From the human T2T-CHM13v2.0 reference genome, Homo sapiens: DNA of 64,000 nt. The notes under the pieces were generated by a model. The model searched no databases and was not told where the DNA came from. It worked only from the letters and a program-made list of their open reading frames with translations. The stretch's first letter is position 1. Every line of letters begins with the position of its first letter. The DNA lies in the NCBI RefSeq assembly GCF_009914755.1, contig NC_060927.1. The stretch is one strand, 5' to 3'. The position numbers and the translations under genes were made by a program. Below are positions 41,244-58,840 of this stretch, one piece after another.

Positions 41244-42317
41244 ATGTGACATAAAAGTATTACTTTAACTGTATCTCTGTAGTATGACTTTTCTTTTAAA
41301 ATAAATTATGTGCTTGAACTATTTTAATACAAATTAAAATATTTTAAGAAAGGGCTTTTATAAAAATAAAGACTGAAAGTATAAATTAAAATCATGCAAT
41401 GAGTAGAATACTTAAAATCAATAAAATGACACATTCAAGAGGTACATTTTTCACTTTGCTTTTTATATCTTTGGTTTGATTATAAGAAATAAGAGCATAG
41501 AGGCAGCTCTAGGAACTAGGGCATTTCATAAAAGACCTGTTATGGGGACTACAGAAGTAATGTTAGCTGGTTTATTCCTGTAGTAGCTAGGCAGAGATGG
41601 ACTTCCTAGAAGAGCTGGACTTTTGTTTATAGCCATTGTCAAGAGACTTTCTGTCCATCCAATTCCTCCATTTTAATAGTCATTCGTGGACAAATCAATC
41701 AATCTGTTACATCTTCCTTTTTGACAAAGCAACTGGATTTAAGGTACACCACATATGAGCACTTGATCTTGCTCACATATTAACATTAAGTAGCAAGTGT
41801 TGAGTTGTTATGAACAATGAGATTTATGTAATCATTTGATACCTGAACTGTCTTCTGCCATAGGGTGGCTAAGACGCTTCTTAGAGGGATTCCTGTATGA
41901 CATCTTTCCTTGCTGACCAAAGTGTGTTTCTTCTGATCCTAAATTCGTGGTGCTGCTGTTATACTGGGTCCTGCCAGAAGATGGGTATCACTGTGCTGTC
42001 AAGAGAGAAGATATCAAACCAAAGTTACCTGATTGTCTGCAGAATCACAGCAGGCTTTTCTTTTTGGGGCAGCAACCTCAGGGGAGGAGGCATTGGATTT
42101 ATAGTTAAGCACAGTTCGAATTTTGTGTTTACGATTTACTTGCTAGGCTGATATGTGCAGCTTATAACCCTTCCAAACCTTGGCTTCCTCACCTGTACAC
42201 CGAGAACCCTCCTAGGGCTATTGTGGAATTCAAGAGAGAAAATACATTAGCAGGAGGTTGGCACAGGACTTGCCTAGCACATGGGATGGGAATGGTGAGC
42301 TACAGTGTTCAATGACA

Positions 42318-42560
42318 AGTGTGGTTCTCATCCTGGCTGCCCGTTACCTGGGTATCTTTGAAGAAAAACCCCTGCCCAATGCCAGACCAACTAAATAGAA
42401 CATTATTGAGGTGTGGGGGGGTGGCGGTTGAGGGAAAGTAGCATTAAAAAAACAAAACAAAAAAAGGCCCCACCCCCACCCCACCCCACCGCCCCCCCGA
42501 CCCCATCTCCCCACAAACTCTTCCCAGGTGATTCTCAGGAGCTGGGATGGGAAACACTGC
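42318..42560. mobile_element. MER5-like MITE containing G-rich and C-rich tracts
   Basis: GTGGTTCTCATCCTGGCTGC ... CCCAGGTGATTCT ... GGGAAACACTG termini. Confidence 0.55.
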
Positions 42561-43036
42561 AATGGAAGATGAAATACAGCTGGGTCTATGGGAAATGGAG
42601 GGAAAGATCGAGAGACACAAATCAGCCAGAATTCAAAAGTAGTCAAATACTTGCCTATGCTTCAAATTTCAGGGGTCTCAGATGCTCCCTGATCCTAGTT
42701 ATGTTTTAGTTATAAAATACACATAACAAAAAATTTCATTTAAAAAATGTAAATTTATAGTTACATCTGCAAGTTTAGTGGTTTTAAGTATATTCACAGT
42801 GTTGTATAACCAATCTCCAGAACTTTTTAATCTTGCAAAGCTGAAACTCGATACCCATTAAACAAGGACTCCCCATTCTCTCCTCCCTCCTGCCCTCCTG
42901 GCAACCACCATACTACTTTCTGTCTCTATGATTTCAACTACTCTAGATACCTCATATGATGGGAATCATATAGTATTTGTCTTTTTGTGACAAATTAAAA
43001 AAACAGCAAAACCCAAACTCTTCCCAGGTGATTCTA

Positions 43037-43419
<383 letters not shown>

Positions 43420-43672
43420 TCAACCAGAATTTAAAATGTCAACATTTCACATAGTATAATGTCTTCAAGGTTTATCTATATTGCAGCATGTGCCAGAATA
43501 TCCTTTTGTCTTAAAGTTGAATAATATGCCATTGCATGTATAAACCACATTTTGTTTATCTATTCATCTGTCAATGGTTATTTGGATTATTTCCACCTTT
43601 TGGCTATTGTAAATAATACTACTGTTGAATATAGGTGTACAAATATCTGTTTGAATCCCTGTTTCCAATTCC

Positions 43673-43974
<302 letters not shown>

Positions 43975-44054
43975 CCAGTTCTTTTGGGGATATACCCAGA
44001 GGTGGAATTGCTGGATCACCTGGTAATTCTGTGTTTAACTCTCTGAGGAACTGT

Positions 44055-44422
<368 letters not shown>

Positions 44423-45407
44423 TTACATTCTCACCAGCAATGCACAAAGATTGAATTTGTCCACATCGTCTCCAGCACTTGTGATTTTCTGTTTTTGATA
44501 ATAGCCTTCCTATCTCACGTTAAGAGATACCTCATGGCAGTTTTGATTTGTATTTCCCTCCCTAATCACTAGTGATGTTGAGTGTCTTTTCATGTGCTTT
44601 TTGGCCATTTGTATGTCTTCTTTGAAGAACTGTCTATTGAAGTCCTTGGTCCATTTTAAAATTCAGTTGTTTGTCTTTTTGTGATTGACTTGTAGGAGTT
44701 CTCCTACATACATTTTAAAATTCTGTTTCCCAAAGCGTGTTCCCTGGAACATTGGTTTGGTAGGATCTTCATGGCTTTTGGAGGAAAAAGAGTTCTGAGA
44801 CCAAACTTATGGGATGCAGTGGGTTAAATAAAATTTAAACTTGTTTCTTTCCTGTAAAACAGCTTAGAATAGTAATACACTAAATATGTATACTAAATCT
44901 CTAAGATGGGAGAGTATAAAATATTTCTCAAACTTACTTGACCACAGAACCCTTTTACAGTATGATTTTTTGCAAGTCTAGAATTTGGCAGGCCAGGATC
45001 TGGGGAATGCTGTCCTTTATTCACTAAATTGGCTGTTGGAAATTTCCTTTTTTACCTTATGGCTTGATTTTGTTGTCTCTTCGTGTCCTCTGTTTACTTA
45101 TTATGGCCGGTGGCTTTCCCTGGGTCTCCTCTCTTCCTTTTCTCACCTCTCTTAGTGGCCAGCAAATCTTGTTGATTTTTTTTCCTCCCCAGACATATCT
45201 TAAATCCATCCCTTTTACTGTTTCCCAGTCCTCAGTATTGGTTGCTTGAACTTCTACGAAAGTATGAACCAGTCTTGCTTGACTCTAAACTACCAGAATA
45301 ATCTTCTAAATATGGAAATTTCATAACACCTCTATTTAAATTCCATATTAGCAGTTAGCAGTGGTTGTGTCACAAACTTTTGAGCTGTGTTAGAAAATGT
45401 TATTCAA

Positions 45408-45705
<298 letters not shown>

Positions 45706-46875
45706 TTATTCAAGTACTAGACTTAGTGCTGTCTACTTAGAAAAAATACAATAGAGCAGAATCAAAGGCATTCCTAATCCTTTACTCTCAATCACTTGCA
45801 TTCTTCTTGAAATGAGTGAAAGCAATCCTTTCTTGAGGGGCAGAGTTAGAGGGATGTGATACAAATTACATATAATCTGTAGTCTAGTGTCTCTGTACCA
45901 TAGTAACCAACTGTTACTGTTGCAGCATTTATTTTGTGGCAATCATTGTTTATTGCAATGATTTATGTCTTATTTGTATTTCTTGAGTTTTCTCAAAATT
46001 TGATTATGCTTCATGTGTCTTAGAAAAACAGATTATCCTACTTACCAATTGTTCTCAGTAGGGCACAGTATTCTCCCCCCATCTCTGAGGTTACTTAGGA
46101 TGGATACGGGGATTGGTAATGTCATAATGGCTGTGGGTACTATGGGTGGTCTGGAGCCCAAGGTGTTAAATATCCTGCAATACATGAGACAGTTCCATAA
46201 TTGTCCCACTCCAGGTGTCCTCATTGGGAAGCATTGGTAGTCATCAAAGCACAAACTTTGGCAAGGCACGTAGAACCTCATCACACCTGGTCCCTGACTA
46301 TGTTTTCCGCCTAGCATAATACCCTGTACTTCTGCTCCCTGCTGCTCTCTAGAATGTGAAATATTCTTGTGCAAATGAGCTTTTCGTGTACTGTTTCCTC
46401 TATCTGGAATGCTCTTCCATCCTTGACTGGTTAATAAACTCTTCTTTCTTTGTATTCATTCTTCTAGAAGCCATCTCTGACACCTCTCCTCTGGGGAGAA
46501 TTAGTTTGTCTTTCTTCTGTGTTCTCGTAGCACCCAGCATACATCTGGTCACCACTGGGATGTTCACAAACTTCTTATTTCCCCTTCTCTGGAAACATGG
46601 TAGCATATATTTCCCTGCTTTTCCTTAAACTTCAGCACTATCAAATGACTTGCTTTGGACAATGAAATATGAGTGAAATTGACATGCGTAACTTCCAGAT
46701 GGAAACGTCAATAGGCAGTCACAATTTGCCATTTTTTCTTTATTTCTGCTACGGTAAGCCAGATGATGGCTGCTCTGTGATACCAGGCCTTGGAGTAAGT
46801 GGAGCTCCCTGCCAACATGCAACTGGTGTATAACATGAACAAGAGATGAGCTGTGTTGTTTTAAGCCACTGAGAT

Positions 46876-47209
<334 letters not shown>

Positions 47210-47287
47210 TGCCACTGAGATTTTTAGGTTGCTTGTTAGTACAGTATACTCATGCTCGTCCTGATGGATATACCTCTATTATAGTAG

Positions 47288-47904
<617 letters not shown>

Positions 47905-48026
47905 CATGTGGTTTTGTTATTGTTGGCTTTACCAGACTATCTCCACAGTAGGCAATGAGCTTCTTGATGGTTGGGACTATCAGTTTTTTGCTCCTGTGTT
48001 GCCAGAACTTTGCACAGTGTCAAACT

Positions 48027-48820
48027 GTATTAGTTATCTCTCAGTGTGTAACAAATTAGCCCAGAATTTAGTGGCTTAGAGAAATAATAAGCATTTATTA
48101 TCCTCATGGTTCCTGTTGGTCAGGAATTTGGGAGCAGCTTGTCAGGGGATAGTTCTGCCTCGGTGTCTCTCATGAGGCTGCATTAAAGATGTTGGGTGGG
48201 GATGTCGTCATCTGAAGGTTTGACTGGGGCTGGAGGAGGAGGGGCAGCCAACAGTGTCAGAATATGTGAGGGACTGAGAAGCTGTGAAATCATCGTATTT
48301 CAGAATGTGAGGTCAGTAATTCTGAGCATAAAAGTAACAGCTGCAATGGAATGCAAGATGAGGCACACAGGTAAGTGCAGAGGGAGAAAAAGGACTTTGC
48401 TAAGAAGAAACAAGTGCAGAGCCTCCTGGAGATATTGAGCTATAAAAGATGCAAGAAAAGATGTTTGCTAAAGGAGGTTGCTGACTCACTTGGCTGGCAA
48501 GTTGGTGCCAGTTGTTGGTGAGAGACCTCTGTTCTTTCCCACATGGGCCTCTCCACAGGCCGCTTGAGTGTCTTCACAACATGGTGGCTGGCAGCCCCCG
48601 GAGCAGGTGATCCAAGAGAGATATGATGGAAGTGGTGATGTCTTTTATGACTTAGCTTTAGAAGTGACACACTGCCATCATGCCATGTTCCATTTGTTAC
48701 ATGTGATTCACTAAGTCCAGCACACATCCAAGATGAAGAGGATTAGGGTCTACTTTCTGAAGGGAGGAATGTAAAAAACAAACCAAAAAAAAATTGTGGC
48801 CATACTTTAAAATCACCCCA
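48027..48820 (-). mobile_element. MLT1-type MaLR LTR interrupted by a non-MLT insert at 48234-48475
   Basis: TGTATTAGTTATCT...AACAAATT...AGTGGCTTA; GACTGGGGCTGGAGGA | insert | CTCACTTGGCTGGCAAGTTGGTGC; GAAGTGACACACTGCCA. Confidence 0.8.
48234..48475 (+). repeat. Inverted duplicate, arm 1 (copy of 50262-50508)
   Basis: Hand alignment to the reverse complement of 50262-50508: about 13-15 substitutions and 2 small indels. Confidence 0.95.
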
Positions 48821-49718
48821 CAGGAACATATTGGGTTCTCCGTAAATACTCCAGAAGGAAATATCGGCTCTTTTTATTCAGTTTGGTGAGAAATGCCTCA
48901 GCTGTTATCCTTTTTAACTCCAATAAGTCCCGTTTTTTTTCTCCCCCTTAATTAACCTTTATTTCAAACTTCATCTCTTAGTTTCTTATTCTCAGCTCCA
49001 GAGAATGAATTATGTATAACAAGTTCCAGACATTTTTTTTGTATGTGCCTAAGGTGCTTAAAATAGTAAAGAGCTAAGTCTCACCAACCTTGTTAAGTTA
49101 GACCCCAAAAAATTGTCCTAGGAAATAGAATGTAATTTAAAATTTTATCCTTTCCACAGATTGACAAAATCATCTTTACCTTGTTATTAGAGGGTTTTTT
49201 CCCAAGCTGGCAGTGACATTTGGGATTCTGTCATCACCAACTTGTTACTAGACAGAAGATTATTTTCCTCATCTGTGGTGTTTTGGACAAAGCCCTGGCT
49301 GGTCTTCTTAGTCAGGTTGGGCTGTCAGCCTTGAGCTGGTTTCAGATTCTGGGTAGCGATTCTGTCAGCTGCATTGTCTCAGCATGGCCTTCAGTGCTAA
49401 AAATTGTCCTTTCTGAGATGCTGAGCTTCTAGGTTTGTTAAAGTGGATCCCTTTAAACATGTTCAATTCCAGGACTTCTTCAATTCCAGGACTACTACGA
49501 ACCTCTAGTTTTGTTAGGGAGAGTTAAGTTTCCCCTTTGCTAAAGCTTCCTAGCCACAGCCTTCCCACCACAGAACACTTGCTGAGCCACAGCTCAAATC
49601 TGTCTTGGCCCATGGCTGTTTCTCTCAGCTTGTCAGAGTAGAAATGGGTTACTTGGAGACCAGAGGTTGCACACAAATTGAGATGAGGACACCCACATTG
49701 GAAAAGGAAAGGTGATAG

Positions 49719-50217
<499 letters not shown>

Positions 50218-50261
50218 TAGTTTTTTTTATTGTGGGAAGAAACCTCTTTACCCTACTGTCT

Positions 50262-50508
50262 TCTTTTAGCAAACACCTTCTTTTTCTTGCATCTTTTGTA
50301 GCTCACTATCTCCAGGAGGCTCTGCATTTGTTTCTTCTTAGCAAAGTCCTTTTTTATCCCTCTACACTTGCCTGTGTGCCTCATCTTGCATTCCATTGCA
50401 GCTTTTATTTTTACCCTCAGAATTACTGACCTCACGTTCTGAAATATGATGATTTCACAGCTTCTCAGTCCCTCACATATTCTGACACTGTCGGCTGCCC
50501 CTCTTCCT
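50262..50508 (-). repeat. Inverted duplicate, arm 2 (probable donor)
   Basis: Same alignment as arm 1; track ORFs 48196-48438(+) and 50253-50435(-) share AAMECKMRHTGKCRG. Confidence 0.95.
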
Positions 50509-51673
50509 GGAAACTTGCATTTTTCTCAACTTAGTGATGTTGGACCCTCTTAATCACCTCTCTTACTTTGCTTTTCTCACCTTTTCTACCACCTTCTCTT
50601 TCTTGTCTGTTTCTTTTTTCTATCTGCATTCAGAGCGTCCATGCCCTCTACCTCTCTTCAAGGCCCCTTTGGTAGCAGCCCCGGCTCAGTGGCTGTCAGA
50701 TGCTTATTCTCTTCCTTTCTTTCTCCCCTTCTTTCAGTCTCATTTTAATTGTCTAGCCTATTCCTGGATCCTGATGAAAATGAAGCTTTTCTTTCCTGCA
50801 AAGCTGGTGGTGTTTTTCCAGTTTCTCCATCATTATTGGTGGTTACCAATCTCTCCCTGAAGCAAAGAGTCCTTGACTCGTGTGTGAATCGTGACAGTCC
50901 TTTTATAATACAGCATAGACTTGGCCAATGCTCCCCATGAATAAAGTTCTGTTCCTGGCTTCTCCCCTTGTTACTCATGACTGGCCTTCTTGCAGTAGCC
51001 TCCTGTGAGCATTCTGTGGCTCTGATCACTCCTTATTCTATTAGAACCTTGATTTGGTGCAATGAGTAGGAACCCAAGCCTTTGAGACATCCTGGGTTCA
51101 AACCGGGACTCTTAGCAGTTTAAGCTGCACTGTTCTTCTTGTGTACAAATGGTCAATCTTGATACCTTTGATTTCTTGATAGTGCTAGAGAACTCAGCAG
51201 CACCTTTTTGAATTTGGAGAGATTTGGATATTGGCTGTTACTTTGACTTGCAGTGGGCTGAATGCAGTTCTGCTATAATCACGCAGTTGCAGCCACCACT
51301 AGTGGAACTGAGTTAGGGGCTTAATAACATCATTGATTCCCAGTCTGCTTCCAGGCCAACTTGCTCCTGAGTCCCCCACATCAGAGCCCAGGTTGTGGAG
51401 AGCTGAAGGAATTTCCTTTTTCCCAAGGCCATAGGCAGGCTGTTTCCTCCCTAGCATCAACTGCTTCCTGGTACCATAGACCTAGAGATGTGCAAAGCTT
51501 CAGAAAAAACCTTACAGCAGAGGTCCTCAGTGGGGCAGTGCTGCCTTCTGGGAGGTGCTTTGGGAATTGGTGGGGTCCTCACAAGGATTGCGGGGCTCTA
51601 ATGGCATGTGATGGGTGGATACCAGGGATTTTTGATGCCCTGCAATGTGCGGGATAGTTCTACTCAAGAGTGA

Positions 51674-52067
<394 letters not shown>

Positions 52068-53485
52068 AGACACTAACTCTTTTTTATATAATAAAACCTT
52101 TCTTTTTTTTACCATTTGAGTATATGCTGAGCATTCCAATAATGTAACCACCAAGAGTTAGCATTTTAGTAAGTTCCCTGGCTCTTGGAAGCTACTTGTA
52201 TTTAGATTGTCAATTCTACATGCCCACCTCAGTCTGCACTTTTAACAATGACATTTATTATGATTGTACATATAGGTGCAAGCACGTGTCTGCATCATTA
52301 TGTCTTTCAGTGTGTCTTGTCTCCATATCTACATATTAAAGTAATATTTTCAATTCCTGTCCTTTTGTTTATTGTGTATATTACAGTTAGGCTATTATAT
52401 TAATTTTTAAAAAGTACACACATAGGTAGATATTATCTATGAATTTCATTTCAGCCTCGTAAAGAGCTCATGGTTTTATAAGGAGAGCCACGAGTCAACA
52501 GGGCCTACGCTTGCTCAGGGAGGTGTGGGTTTGTGACCATGGCTGAAAGGACAGTGACAAAAATACCCTAATTCATCAACTCCAAGAGGGTCATTTCTTC
52601 GTATTTCAGTAATTTTACAATCATGTTTTCTAACTGATGTGCATGTTTAGATGCTGTGACAGAAAATTCACATACCACCTAAAACCATGGTGTTAGAATT
52701 AGGGATAGATGTGAATATGGACTTTGTGTCATTTTAAAGTTCCTGATAGTTTAGCCTTGTTCATTGTCTTCATCTTTTTTTAAATTTCAGACTCTTTTTT
52801 TCCTCTTTCCTGCAAATATGTGTATTTTTAGGGCTCTGTAGATTTGCCAAATTAATCTAAGCTGCAATGGATTTAGGTCGCATGTTGCTTTTAGGTGAAG
52901 AGGCAGTATGGCATATGGTTAAGAATATAGAAGCTGCAGCCACATGGCCTGGGTGGACATCCTGGCTCTACCTCTTAGTAGCTGTGTAACTTGGGGACCA
53001 TTGTCCCCATCAGTGGATAACAAAACCCACTGAAGAAGTTGGAGGAGAGTGAGGGTTAGCTACTTACCTATACTGTCTCTACCAGGGTGTACTGTATGAC
53101 AAAGTGGCCTCAGATAAAATCCCGTCACTCACACAGAGATTCGGTAACCAAATAGTCACGAGCAGACAGATAACGGTGCGTACCCTTTTTTCTGCAAGTG
53201 TGAGATGCTCTCAGCGCTCTGTAATTTTTAGCTGTTTTGGCTAGCACCTTTCATGCAATGCTGACTTGAGACTCTCCTGCGGTTAGCATCAGGCAGCCAG
53301 AAATCCTCCTACCACAGTGGACAGACACAGGACCATTTAGGGATTGAGATTTGGGTGCCATTCCAGAGGGTGCAGATCACAGGTCTTGCTAGATTCTTAC
53401 ACCTTGTTGAAGAGAGGAGGATATCCCCCAAATATTTTACTTTAATGTTGCCTGCCAAGAGTACTTCTTGAACATTCATTACACC

Positions 53486-53688
<203 letters not shown>

Positions 53689-53824
53689 ACCATTTCACCA
53701 AGAAGAACCTGTTCTGACATTCACTATGCTAATTAGCCCAACCTTGAGTGTTGATGGCAATATGGAAAACAGAAACTTTGTCGCAGACGCCTCTGGGGCA
53801 ATGGCCTTTCTGATATGACATTAA

Positions 53825-54237
<413 letters not shown>

Positions 54238-54504
54238 TGAAAGTAAATTCCAGACCTTGTACCAGTACCTCTTTGGGCTGTTATGATGTTCCCTCGAGTT
54301 ACTTTATGTAATGTGTTCATAATATCATCTAATTGTAAGTGCTATATAAGTATATGGTATCATTATTATATCAATATTATATCAATATATCATATCAAAG
54401 TAAGTGCTTTGATCTATCTTAAGAGCATGCGGTCTTATATGGTCATGTTATTTTTCCCACCAAATACCTGGTCTCCCATATAACATACCAAAAGGAAGTT
54501 GGTG

Positions 54505-55156
54505 CGATTGATCCTCATTATTTGTGGATTGTGTATTTGTGAACTCTTCTACTTGCTAGATTTTATTCATAATCCCCAAACCAGTACTCAAGGGGTTTTC
54601 ACAGGCATTTGTGGACATTGCACAGAGTGGCGACATTTGAGTCACCTGATATGTATGTTCCCAGGTGAGGTGGAACGACATGACACTCTCCCTTCTCGCT
54701 TCAGCTCTCATACTGTCAACAATGTCCCTCTCATGGTCTGTTTAGAGCTGTTTTTCACACTGTTGTGTTTTTTCTTGGTGACTTCGCTGTTTACAATGGT
54801 CCCCAAGCATAGTGCTGAAATGCTGTCCAGTGGTTCCAACTGCAGGAAGGCTACAATGTGTCTTACACAGAAAATATGTGTGTTAGGTAAGTTTCATTCC
54901 AGCATGAATTTTAGTGCTCTTGGCTGTGAGTTCAATGTCAATTAATCAACTGTATATATTAAATAACATGTATTGAAACAGAAACCACATTGAAAAAAGG
55001 TTATGTATTGATTGGTGGATGAAAACGTTATGAACAGAAGCTTGCATAAACCTAACCCTATATTTTCCCTAGGAGCAATGGTTCAGTATTCACTAATTCA
55101 GTGTTTGCAACGGCTTTATAGAACATAACTGTTGTGAATAAGGAGAATCAATTGTA
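54505..55156. mobile_element. MER44/Tigger7-family DNA transposon relic
   Basis: Termini GATTGATCCTCATTATTTGTGG ... TGTGAATAAGGAGAATCAATTG are degenerate TIRs. Confidence 0.75.
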
Positions 55157-55215
55157 CTTACTTCTTAAGGCCTTCTTTTCGATGCTGTCCCTCTGCAATC
55201 GTTCAAGAACCTCAA

Positions 55216-55702
55216 GGGCAGAACTGGCTACATAATTTGTGGGGCTTAGTGCCAAGTGAAAATGCAAGACCCCTTGTTGGAAAATTAAGACTCTTGCTGG
55301 GTGCCGTGGCTTACATCTGTAATCTCAGCACTTTGGGAGGCTGAGGCGGACAGATCACCTGAGGTCAAGAGTTTGAGACCAACCTGGTCTAACATGGTGA
55401 AACCCCGTCTGCACTAAAAATACAAAAATTAGCTGGGTGTGGTGGCGGGCGCCTGTAATCCTAGCAACTTGGGAGGGTGAGGCCAGAGAATTGCTTGAAT
55501 CTGGGAGGCAGAGGTTGCTGTGAGATGAGATTGCGCCAGCCTGGGAGACAGAGCGAGACTCCATCTCAAAAAATAAATAAATAAAAATAATAAATAAATA
55601 AATAAAATTAAAATAAAAATTAAGACTTTCAAGGTGAGCATTAAACCAAACCTGTTGGCCCTCTGTGGTTGCACATGTCACATGCCTACAAAGACAGCCC
55701 TG
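55216..55702. mobile_element. MER53-like hAT MITE split by an Alu
   Basis: CTGGCTACATAATTTGTGGGGC...AAAATGC...CCCCTTGTT; ends CAGCCCTG. Confidence 0.55.
55296..55618 (+). mobile_element. Alu (S-like)
   Basis: Full Alu with (TAAA)n tail; TSD AAAATTAAGACT. Confidence 0.93.
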
Positions 55703-56397
55703 AATTCTGGGGTTAGTCAGTCTGAGAGACCACCTGTAAGCACCAGGCTGGGACAGAAGGGAGAATCGGCTGCGCCCACAAAGCTGTTGCTTCTGGTGGC
55801 CAGTGATGTTGTAGTTGAAGGTGAATGCTGTACATTTCAATAGATGCTACTTAGCCACAGTGCAGTGGTGCCTTTGCTTTCCCAGGCCCCGCCTAGGTTG
55901 CCATGCTCCTATTCCTGGGGCTCCCACAACATGACCAGTGACTTCTCCCCAGATCACAAACAATATGAAAGGGCCAGCTCTTGGTAGAGCGTGGAATGCT
56001 CACCCAGATGTCCACCACGGTTTTGAAGCTTCATTCGGGCAACTTTGGTGGCAGAACTCACCTAGTCCATCGAAATTCATCCTGATGAATTGCTCCAACT
56101 TTAATTTTGGGAGAATAGAAGTTGGGATCCCCAATATTTTTACCCAGGAGTTTCCTAGAGCTTGATGTTAATTTGACTTTTCTCATTCTAGAGGTCTATG
56201 TAGCAAGGCGGAGAACAGCTCTGCTAACTCAGAGGACCAGTAGGCTCATCCCCTCAAAGTGCAAATGCCTATTAACCTTGTTTGCATAATGCACAGGCTA
56301 CTTACATGACTCTACATAGAATAATGACAGTTTTCTGGGCCTGCCTTTCGAAAAGCAGTAACAATGATAGCATGAAGGTCATGTATGTGGTTTGGCC

Positions 56398-56768
56398 TGT
56401 ATCTTATTCCATTCTGGCCATAACAAAATACATAAACAGGGTGGTTTCTAAACAAAAGACATTTATTTTTTTACAGTTCTGGAGGCTGGGAAGTCCAAGA
56501 TAAGGATGGTCAGGTTCTGGTGAGGACCCTTTTCCAGGCTGCAGATGGCTGCCTTCTGGTTCCTCACTCAGCGAAAGGAGTGAAGGAGCCACCCCACCCA
56601 CCCTGCCCCCAGCCCCCTTGATAAGGCACTAATGCTATGCGTGAGAGTTCCGCGCTCATGACCTAATCCACCTCTCCAAAGGCCACACCTCTTAATATCA
56701 TCACCTTGGGGGTGAGAATTTCACCATATGAATTTTGGGAGAATGACACAAACATTCAGACCATAGCA
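56398..56768 (-). mobile_element. MLT1A/MST-type MaLR solo LTR
   Basis: TGTATCTTATTCCATTCTGGCCATAACAAAATAC...ACAAACATTCAGACCATAGCA. Confidence 0.85.
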
Positions 56769-57974
56769 GCTTGCAAAGATATTTTTGTAAATATTCAAAG
56801 TAGTTGCTAACATTTAAATCAGGAAATTTCACAAATTTCGTGGCAGCCTCTCTGGGAAAAAAAAAATTCTATTTTTTTTTTTTTTCGATAACATTAGGCT
56901 TCCATTCCCATGTCCTCCATTGCCTGGAGCTGGATAGCAGCTTCTTCTTTACATGAAGCGTGAGCTGTCCTCTTCCACAGCCCCCATGTGCCCATTCCTC
57001 CCACTTACCTGCCTGGTTTGTATGAGCAGGGCTGATATCTATGGCTGACAGGGCCTGCTCTGAGCCCACTGGGCTCAGGTGGTTCCAGTTGTTAAATATT
57101 TTTAATATCTCCCCTGCTTGGAGCCATTTGAGTTGCTAACCTTGCTCTACAAAGAAGCAGCTGTCAGCTTCTTGCTAAAAAATAAATTTAAATTCTGACT
57201 CCAGGGTCACTCTGTTACACTGATTAATCTGTTAGATTGTCAGTATTTGCCACCATTTCATTTATGGGAAGCAGAGCTTCTAGATTGAGTCTAAGAGGAA
57301 TTAAGAAAATCTGGCCATGTCTGTGCTGATGGAGTGGGCACCCTGGAAAGCCAATTTGCATAAGGGCTGAGGCCCCTCCTGGGGGACAATTCATCCTGAT
57401 GAAATAGGAGAACCAGGTATGGAGAGCCTGGCCTTGTTAGAGAAAGCTCAGTTATCAGATAATGGCATGGTGCCTGACACCTGATTTCTCCCAGCTCCTA
57501 TTGGCTTCTCTGTAGCCTTAGAGCGCAGAGCAACAGGTAGAGAAGGAAGAGTTTTTCTCTACAAACTCTGGGGTATCTCTCTGACAGAGCTGGACATAAA
57601 AGAGATAAAGAGACATTCTTCCCTCATTACCCCACAGGCAACCCACCTGTGTTTTATTCTACACACTATAAGCACACCTGTAATGTTATTGGCAGGGCCT
57701 GGCAGACACTTTAGTGCTGTTGGAGAAGATGTGTGGGCCCCTGTTGATGGTTTTGGGTCCTATCTAACCCCCCTCACACCCTTCCATGTCCTTAACTTGT
57801 TGGAAACAGACACAGGAGGCAAATGGGCTCAGAATATATAGAGCATGTGGCAGGACAGTTATACTGGCTGTAATTTTCTTAAAATACTTTGGTGTAGATG
57901 ATGTGCATATGTGTGAAGTTAAGTTTAATATGTATCCTGGGAGTGTAGGTTAATATTTCAAGTATTCGTAGTCT

Positions 57975-58400
57975 GTTTACCTATTTTTTACATAGAAATC
58001 CACCCTAACATTTGGTGAGTTAGAAAGCAATATATGAATCTCTCTCATGGTTCTGTGGTTGAATGGGATCAGCTGGGCAGTTCTCAGAGTCTTTCATGTG
58101 CTTGCAGCCTGATGGCAGTGGGGGCTGGAGGCATCTGAAGTCTCATCTGCCTGGACATCCAAGATGATTTATTTCGTGTGTCCAGTGCTTGGGCTGGGAT
58201 GGCTGGAACAATGAGACTAGCTGGGCATCTCTTTCTCCATGCGGTCTCCCCATGGGGCTAGCTTGGGCTTCCTCACATTATGGTGATCTCAGGGAGCCAG
58301 ACTTCCAAGAGAGCATTCCAGGAGACCCATGCCAAGGTTTCAAGGCTTCTTATCACTTAGCCCTCGAAGTCATGTGACATCACATCTCCTGCCACCAATG
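57975..58400 (-). mobile_element. MLT1-type MaLR LTR fragment
   Basis: TCTCATGGTTCTGTGG...CAGCTGGGCAGTTCT...GGCTAGCTTGGGCTTCCTCACA...CTCGAAGTC. Confidence 0.6.
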
Positions 58401-58405
58401 CTGAC

Positions 58406-58840
58406 TGTGATGGTGGACTTTATGTGTCAAATTGGCTAGGCTGCAGTACCCAGATAGTTGTTCAAGCATTATTCTAGATGTTTCTGTGAAGCTATCTTTT
58501 AAAGATGAGATTAACATTTACATCAGACTTTCAGAGTAAAGCAGATGGCCCTCTCTAGTGAGGGTGGGAGTCATCCAATTAGTTGAAGGCCTTAAGAGAA
58601 AAAGGACTGTTCTCCCTTGAGGAAGAGGGAATTCTGCCCATTGACTGCCTTTGAACATGAATGATAGCATTTCTCCCCTGAGTCTCCAGCCTGCTGGTCT
58701 ACCCCATAGATTCGACTTGTCAGCCTCCCCAATTTCATGAGCCAATTCCTTAAAATCGCTCCCTGCCTTTCTCTCTCTCTCTCTGTCTCTCTATCTCTAT
58801 TTCTATTTCTATCTGTCTATATCCTATTGGCCTAGTTTCA
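58406..58840 (+). mobile_element. MLT2 (ERVL) LTR
   Basis: TGTGATGGTGGACTTTATGTGTCAA...GTACCCAGATA...GAGCCAATTCCTTAAAAT...TCCTATTGG. Confidence 0.85.

Noticed and set aside
49462-49493. Short tandem duplication TTCAATTCCAGGACT x2
   Set aside because: Ordinary slippage-type micro-duplication
54499-54945. 148-aa ORF
   Set aside because: Inside a MER44/Tigger7 relic, non-ATG start, no recognisable transposase motif in this frame
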